Positions 56,283-64,000 of a DNA stretch of 64,000 nt are shown here, piece after piece. Made by a program: the position numbers and the translations under genes. Each line of letters opens with the position of its first letter. Position 1 is the first letter of the stretch. The DNA is from the human T2T-CHM13v2.0 reference genome, Homo sapiens: NCBI RefSeq assembly GCF_009914755.1, contig NC_060942.1; one strand, 5' to 3'. Below the pieces are notes generated by a model. That model saw only the letters and a list, made by a program, of their open reading frames with translations. It searched no databases and was not told the origin of the DNA.

Positions 56283-58017
56283 TTTATTTATTTTTTAACT
56301 TTTAGGTTCAGGGGTACATGTGCAGGTTTGTTATATAGGTAAACTGCATGTCATGAGGGTTTGGTGTACAGATTATTTTGTCACCCAGATAATAAGCATA
56401 ATACCCGATAGGTAGTTTTTTAATCCTCTCCTTCCTCCCACCCTCTACCCTCAGGTAGGTCCCAGTGTCTGTTGCTGCCTCCTTTGTGCCCATGTGTTCT
56501 CAGTGTTTAACTCTCACTAACAAGTGAGAACATACAGTGTTTGATTTTTCCGTTCCTGCGATTGGTCACTTAGGATAATGGCCTCCAGCTTTATCCATGT
56601 TGCTGCAAAGGACATAATCTCATTCTTTTTTATGGCTGCATAGTATTCCATGGTATATTTGTACTACATTTTCTTTATCCAGTCTACTGTTCATGGGCAT
56701 TTTGGTTGATTCCATGTCTTTGCCAGTGTGAATACTGCTGTGATGAACACATGTATGTATGTATCTGAATCACGCATGAATCATATAGAATGATTTATTT
56801 TTCTTTGGGTATACAGCCAATAATGGGATTGCTGGGTCAAGTGGTACTTCTGTTGTAAGTTCTTTGAGAAATTTCCCACACTGCTTTCCACAATGGCTGA
56901 ACTAATTTACATTCTCACCAGCACTCTATAAGCGTTCCATCTTCTCCACAACCTCTCCAGCATCTGTTATTTTTTCTTTTTAATAATAGCCATTCTAATT
57001 GGTGTGAGATGGTATCTCATTGTGATTTTAATATGCATTTATCTAACAATTGGTGATGTTGAGCATTTTTTCATATACTTGCTGGCCGCATGGTACCTTT
57101 TCAAGTGTATCTGTTCCTGTTTTTTGCCAAATTTTTAATGGGGTTATTTGGCTTTTGCTTGTTAATTTGTTTAAGTTCCTTATAGACTCTGGATATTAGA
57201 CCTTTGTCGGATGCATAGTTTGAAAATGTTTTCTCCCATTCTGTAGGTTTTTCTGTTTATTCTCTGGATAGTTTTTCTTGTTGTGCAGAAGCTCTTTAAT
57301 TAGGTCTGATTTGTCAATTTTTGTATTTGTTGCCATTGCTTTTGACATCTGAGGAGGTGTAAGATCTCTACAGCGAGAACTACAAAACACTGCCCAAAGA
57401 AATCAGGGATGATACAAACAGTGAAAAAATATTCCATGCTTATGGATAGGAAGAAGCAATATTGTTTAAATGGCCCTACTGCTCAAAGCAATTTACAGAT
57501 TCAATGCTATTCCTATCAAACTACCAATGACATTCTTCACAGAATTAGAAAAAACTATTTTAAAATTCATACAGTACCATAGAAGAGCCCAAATAGCCAA
57601 GGCAATCCTAAGCAAAAAGAACAAAGCTGGAGGCATCACTTTATGTGACTTGAAACTGTACTACATGGCTACAGTAACCAAAACAGCATGGTACTGGTAC
57701 AAAAGCACACACGTAGACCAACAGAACAGAATAGAGAGCCCAGAAATAGTGCCACACACCTACAACCATCTGACCTTTGCAAAGTTGACAAAAACAAGCA
57801 ATGGGGAAAGGACTCCCCATTATTAATATTATTGAATAATAAATGGTGCTGGGATAACTGGCTAGCCATATGCAGAAGATTGAAACTGGACCCCTTCCTT
57901 ATACCATATACAAAAATCAACTCAAGATGAATTAAAGAATTAAATGTGAAACCTCAAACTATAAAAATCCTGGAATATAACCTAAGAAATAGCATTTTGG
58001 ACATAGGCCCCAGCAAA
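56283..58017 (-). mobile_element. Older L1PA element (L1PA13-16-like) with a 5' inversion
   Basis: 56283-57350 is the antisense 3' UTR and ORF2 end; 57351-58017 is sense ORF2 (ORF 57470..57826 [23 protein letters not shown]...TAWYWY); junction ...gacatct|gaggaggtg. Confidence 0.93.
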
Positions 58018-60931
58018 GGGGCCTTTTCTTTTTAATACCTAGTAAGTTGCCCATTTACAAAATAATGTCCTTTTTTGCTGACCTTGAAAATATACTCAGA
58101 CAAAGCAGAGTAGGTCTTACTAATTGCATATGTTCACATTTCAAAATGTAAGTAGTCTTATGTAAACCCCTAAATAGCTAGTGACATGAACTTTTCATTT
58201 CTCACATGTGAACAAACTTAAACTGTGCATAGTTAAGAAGCCTTGGAACAATTCATAGAGATTGTGATCTGTGGAGAACTGGCTATCCAGATAGGCCCCA
58301 CCACATGTCATTGACCTTATCACCGCCATCACTGTCTTCCTTTTATGCTCAGAGGATCCAGATGCCCAGTGTCATCTTTGAGGATGCCAGGTCACATTGG
58401 CAAAGACCACAGAAACTGATATGGAGAACCAGATGCCAGATAGTCATTTACAATGAAAACTGTAACCACCCATCAGACAGAACTGCCAAGGTCAGGCAGG
58501 GGCATTCTGTGTGAAGAGGAAGATGCCTTGGCAGAAGATCACTTCATCATGACCAGGGCATCTGAAGAAGGGGTCGGAGAGTTTATTCATGATTCAATAA
58601 GTATGCACCACCTGTCTTGTAGTGAGTTGGCATAAAACATAAGCTCAGTAAGAACACAAGAATGAATGAGTGAATGAGTAAATGAATGGATTGGGACTTA
58701 CGATGTGCCACGCACCACTTAGACAGTAGAATATCTCAGCCAGGTAGAGAGGATGGCTCATGTTGGCCCGGCAAAGCCAAAATCCTGGGGCAGATTTTGG
58801 TGGCATTATCTCCAACATCTCTGACTATTTCTGTTTCAAGTTAAGGGCTGGTCAGCTTCTATTCTTAGAAACACTTTCTTTACATATGTCAGTAAATCAA
58901 ATCCTGTATTTAGAGACAGTCCATCTTGTTAAACTAACTTTGCTTGGCTCTACCCTGACCCTGTTTGTGTAACCCCTGTCCCCATACATATAATCAGTTT
59001 TGTCTGTAGTTATAACTTGTCCATAATTTGAAAAAGAGAAGCCTAAAAAGTTCCCTCCAGACACTTTCAGCTAGGAACAAACTTTTATGTGAAAATAATA
59101 AAAATGTGGGGAGTGAAGGTTTATAGTGGAAATATTTACAGAGCCTCAAACACTGCACAACAGTTCAAACTTTGTTGTAGTGCCTTCATTCTTTTTGCTG
59201 TCAATTTGTTTTTCTTCTATCTTTATTCCACATACTTCTGGTATAGGTTTAATAAGGATTTTTCAAAAAGATAAATATGGTTTATATTTTCCCAGCTCAA
59301 AATTCCCCTTCAGGCCTCTGAAGCAATAAATAATAGTGCTTTGAATGCTGCACTCACTTTCCTGGGCAAGCCATTCCGGTAGTGGAGGGTTCTCAGAGCG
59401 TCAGTGTAACTTCTGCACACTCTGTAAAGCAGCTTTTTTCTCTTGCATTCTGGCCTCCAGATGGAGATGAACACTTGAAATTATTTCTCAGTAGAATTGA
59501 AAGAACTTTTTTTTAAATCAAAAGCTCAGCCTTCAGTAAACAACTTTTGTTTTTATTCTTCCAAGAACCAGTGCAGCTTGCACTTCAAGTGCAAATTCTG
59601 TGTTAGCTAGCACTGTGCTTCCTGGCAAAGTTGTTCCTGCATTGTCAGTGAGTTGTAGGTTATGTTTTGGATTCATTTGTTATGTCCTATTTGAGACTAA
59701 TTTAAAAGTATTACCTAGTGAAGTGGAGTATTCTCTGGTTTCCAAATTTAAATAGGGATGCTTTGAGAAAATGTGATTTATATACAGGCGAACAGTGACT
59801 CCATAAAAGTCACTGTCGTAAGTATTCCAGCTACCCAGGGCCAAGTTTATACAGACCCTGCCTGCATTTTACCAACCATCTGTGGTTTTACAAGAAAGAA
59901 TGAACAATTGCAATTAGCAGCTTATCCAGAAACTTCCTTTTAAACAATAATTTCTCTTCACTAGATTAATTTCAAAAGATAGTTGCCAATTAGCCAAATG
60001 GTCACTTTCATAGACATTTCTCATCCCTGTGCTCTAAATAAACTTGCTCATTAGCAATGAGAACATTTAAAGGAAGAGTTAAAATTAAAAGATGAAGTAA
60101 AAAATAGAGCATGTCAGGTAACATCCACCTATGTTGTTATAGATGCCATAAGGAAAATGTGGCCCTCTAATAAGAGAACCAAAATTAATACAGAATAATT
60201 TGAAAATAAATGATGTCCTGTTGTTAAGCAAGCACTCAGATTTAAGGTGTCTTAAAACAAATGCTTTTTAAACCTTCAAGAGTATTTAGAGGGGTTCCTC
60301 ATTTGAAGTAGAAAATTTGTAGAATCTTTTAGAGGTGACAGAAACTTTAAGAAGCTCACAGTCCAGTTTCCTTGTTTTGTTATTATAACAGTTGGCACTT
60401 AAAGCAGAACTATATTTAAGTGACCTTCATCCACATAAGTTCAAGTGAGTCATATATGCAAAAGTATTTGCAAACTGCATGGACTAACGTTCATATTTTA
60501 ATAGAGTGTGTGCAAAGTTCAACCTAGGAGAAACGTCATATGTTAAGACAGACCTGTTCCCCCATAGGGCCTTTTATTCAACAGGAAGAAAAACTGTGAG
60601 GTTACATCTTTCTCTCAGGTTCAGCCCTTTAAAAGGAGAGAGCTGAAACTAATACCTATGTACTTTCCAAAGTGCTGGCTTCCCCGTGCCTCTGGCAACA
60701 TGAGTCCTTGCAAAGCAAAGCTACTCCTTTACAGCCTGGTTCATTCAAAATTGAACAAAGGTTTCTGTGCACCTGTCACTTGCCAGGATCAGCACACGAT
60801 CCGGAATATACCAGTGACTTCAGAATTACCCAGTGTGGAGGTATAAATAAATGATACCCAACTCTTACTAATTTGTGATTTTAATGCACCCACAGATTTG
60901 GGGACTTCATTTTGATTTTTAATTATTTAGA

Positions 60932-61229
60932 TTTTTTTCAAGAGACATGGTCTCACTCTGTCACCCAGGCAGGAGTGTAGTAGCATGATCATAGCTCGCT
61001 GTAGCCTCCAGCTCCTCGGCTCAAGGGATCCTCCTGCCTCAGCCTCCTGAGTAGCTAGAACTACAGGGATAAACAACCACACCTGGCTAATTTTTTATTT
61101 TATTTTTTATAGAGACAGGGTTTTGCTATGTTGCTCAGGCTGGTCTCAAACTCCTGGCCTCAAGCAATCCTCCTACCTCAGCCTCCCAAATTGCTGGGAT
61201 TACAGGCATGAGGCACTGCACCCAACCTA
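60932..61229 (-). mobile_element. Alu (AluJ-like)
   Basis: gagacatggtctcactctgtcacccaggc...gggattacaggcatgaggcactgcaccc. Confidence 0.95.
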
Positions 61230-62579
61230 GGAACTTCTTTAAGCCATTTCTCTTCTCCACCCCTACCCCATTTTACAGAAGAAAAAATAAGACCGAGTGC
61301 AGCCCTAGAACCACTTTTCCAGAAATCTGGGCACCAGGTTTCTTTTTCACCCATGGGCACAGTTTAGGACCAGTTTTTCAAGGCAGCAAACAGTTTAGGA
61401 AGTTTCTAGCTATAACCAGTGACTTTTTTTCTTGCCTTCTCACTCAAAAGGAAGCTGCTGGAAATTTCCTCATGCAACACCCTTCACTGCCATGGAAAAT
61501 TTGAGACTGTCTGCACTGAGCTATGTCTAGGGAGCCAATTTATCTGTATTTCATTCATTTATTAGATTTATTCTCTTTTTTCTTAAATAAAAGAGGATTC
61601 CACTTGTGTAATGAGAAGAGCTTAATTAAGGAAGATAGAGACTAATGAAAGCTTTTATTTCTCTGGCAGTAGCCCCTGAAGCATATGAATATAGGCTGTT
61701 CCCTTCACTTTACTTCCTTGACAGAAGGCAGCCAGATCCTTTGGGTCACCAAACCCCTCCATTCTGAAGGCTGCCGTTCATTTTTTTTTTTTTTGTCCTC
61801 GATTGCCGTCTCTCTGTTCCCCTCTTTACAGCATGCGCAAGTACCCAAGCTCAGTTTCTGAGCGTTCTCTTTGGAGACCGACACTGATGAATGCTCTGTA
61901 CCTCCGCCAGCAGGATGTTTCTGTGCTGTGGACATCTGTCATGTTCCTTCCTTCCGAGGCCACAGCACTTTCTCCTGCGCCTCTTTTCAGCTCCCCATGC
62001 ATGCCGCCATTCGGTCTGTCCCAGGGATCAGGGACTGAAGGTCCCTCTGGAAGCAGTGTCTCTATCTCTGCATTGTATAGCATATTGTTGCCACACACTA
62101 CCTACCCCCATTTTATTCTTTTCTATATTAGAGATCCTCTTTGGTGCCCTAATCCATATCCCATCACTCAAATCTGATGGGTCTGCCTTTCTCGACCTGC
62201 TTTCTGTGTCAAGAATAATAGAAACCTTTGCATTCCTTTTCACAGTGGTACCACTGCAACCTGAAATAGTTTACGTAACTGCTAGGGAGGTCCGATTCTA
62301 GAAGAGGACTGAATATCGCCCAAAAAGAATGAAATGCAAATAATGGTTTCTTTCGGTAGATGGAGTTTCCAGAAATGCTTTGGAACATTTCAATTCTAAG
62401 AGCAAGTCATGCTAGGCTACAAACCACCCCATTATTGGTTTTACCCATAGATATCTCTTTGCTTTATGCAACATAGTCACAATCAGATCTCTTCAACTTG
62501 TTCTTAAAATTTCTTCCATATACAACCATGTTTTATGTCAGTAACTAGGCCAGGACTGTCCGCTCCCCACTAAAAGAAG

Positions 62580-62690
62580 ATAGGCAGAATGGTTAATGAA
62601 AGCCTACACTCTAGAGTTGCACAGCCTAGGCTCAGATAGCAGCTCTGCAAGTAACCTCTCAATAGATATTAGCTACTTATTGTTATTATC
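62580..62690 (+). mobile_element. MIR fragment
   Basis: 'ggcagaatggttaa...actctagagttgcacagcctaggctca...cagctctgc...aagtaacctctc'. Confidence 0.55.
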
Positions 62691-64000
62691 ATTTTGTATG
62701 TTCCAAAAGACATATCTCTCAATAGCAGAGAAGCAGTTCAGGTTTTAACCCTAGTATAATGTATACTCATATAGTTTTCATGAAAGCTGATACATCCTAC
62801 ACCTGATAATGCTTCCTTCCAGAAGGATGTATCAAAGGGAGCCACTTAAGTGTGCACCAACATCCTGTACTCCCTCCAGAGTACAAAGAGTGCCATCATT
62901 GTTCACTGTTAAACTGTAGACAAACATAGGTTGGAAAGACAACAGCTGCATCCTAAGCTGGAAAAGCATATTTTCCTTCTGTTTTTGAAGTCTTGCTGAA
63001 ATTGAGCAGCCTTGATAGCAGCGCCAGCTCCACGTCTTGGTGTTCTGAAGGCTTCCCTGGTGCACACTTAAAGTCAGATGACATGTGAGTGAAAACAGCT
63101 TAATTCCAAAGACCAGACAAGTTCCTTCCTAACAGGCTTCATTGAAAGCAGTTCCTGAGATAAGAATTACACAGGGGTGTTTTAGAGAGGAGCTTTAACA
63201 TGGTAAGTTCCTTATATTTCTTAGGAAGAAAATGGCTATTGATTAAATTTATCTTTATTATAAAGACATACTAAATAATATCTACTATGTAATTATTTGT
63301 CCTTTTTGTTTTTAAACATTTCATAATCATTTTAATTGAATAAACGATTAAAAGAAAAGATTATTAACCAGAAAAGAGAAAATAGATGATGGTTGAAGGG
63401 TTGTATAGCATATTATAGACAGAGGTTTCCCAGGCTATTTTAGTGTTTATTTAAAACCTGTCCGTTAATGTTTGGTTTATGCCAATTTTCTCTTAATGAA
63501 ATTTGACATAACCTTTTGGTGTCCAATCAGGATTTCATATGTTTTAGAAATACACCCAGAAACAAACATTCCATGAAACTAAGTATGTAGAGAAAGCCAC
63601 AAATAGTCACATGGTTTATATTGTCACACTTTCTTACTTCAGTCTGAAATGAGAATTTTGGGGAATGGAATGAGTGAAATGTAAGCATCAACATGTGGGT
63701 TGTGTGCGCTGGAGAAAAGGCTAATCGTGGATACAGCGGAAAGTGTATGCCGGATTTTAGGTATAAGAAGAGTACACACCTGCAAGGCAATTTAGAAGAA
63801 ATTGGGCAAACAGCAAGTACCCGCCAACCAGAGAGGGCCAGGTGAGGGGAAAAGACTCTTGTCACAGGAAACCCTACTCCAGTTGAGAAGAGATGTGTCA
63901 TTGTGTGGCATCACTGTAATTTATTAACAAAACACTCTTTAACATTTATTATTTAAGTCATCACTTTCAACACTACTTCTAATAAGGTATATTTTATTAT

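Noticed and set aside
57470-57930. 118-aa ORF with strong L1 ORF2 similarity
   Set aside because: Inverted segment of a truncated L1; no promoter or full ORF.

Overview
Primate (very probably human) genomic DNA: a mostly intronic segment of PTPRM (receptor tyrosine phosphatase mu, type IIB), transcribed on the + strand. Three short coding exons (27495-27582, 45907-45983, 50302-50338; 88, 77 and 37 nt) have canonical AG/GT boundaries. They splice in frame to [67 protein letters not shown](G), the start of phosphatase domain D1 (motifs 1-4). The rest is intron containing 18 Alu-family elements, several L1 fragments (one with a twin-priming 5' inversion, one only ~41 bp), L2 and MIR relics, MaLR and ERV LTRs, hAT-Charlie MITEs and a 260-bp unbroken purine-pyrimidine alternating tract. 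Almost all ORFs in the supplied track are repeat-derived or chance. I found no evidence of a novel gene system; the findings are modest hypotheses about splicing, circRNA, retrotransposition mechanics, non-B DNA and enhancers. Repeat subfamilies were recognised by eye from remembered consensus sequences, and their boundaries are approximate unless target-site duplications (TSDs) are quoted.
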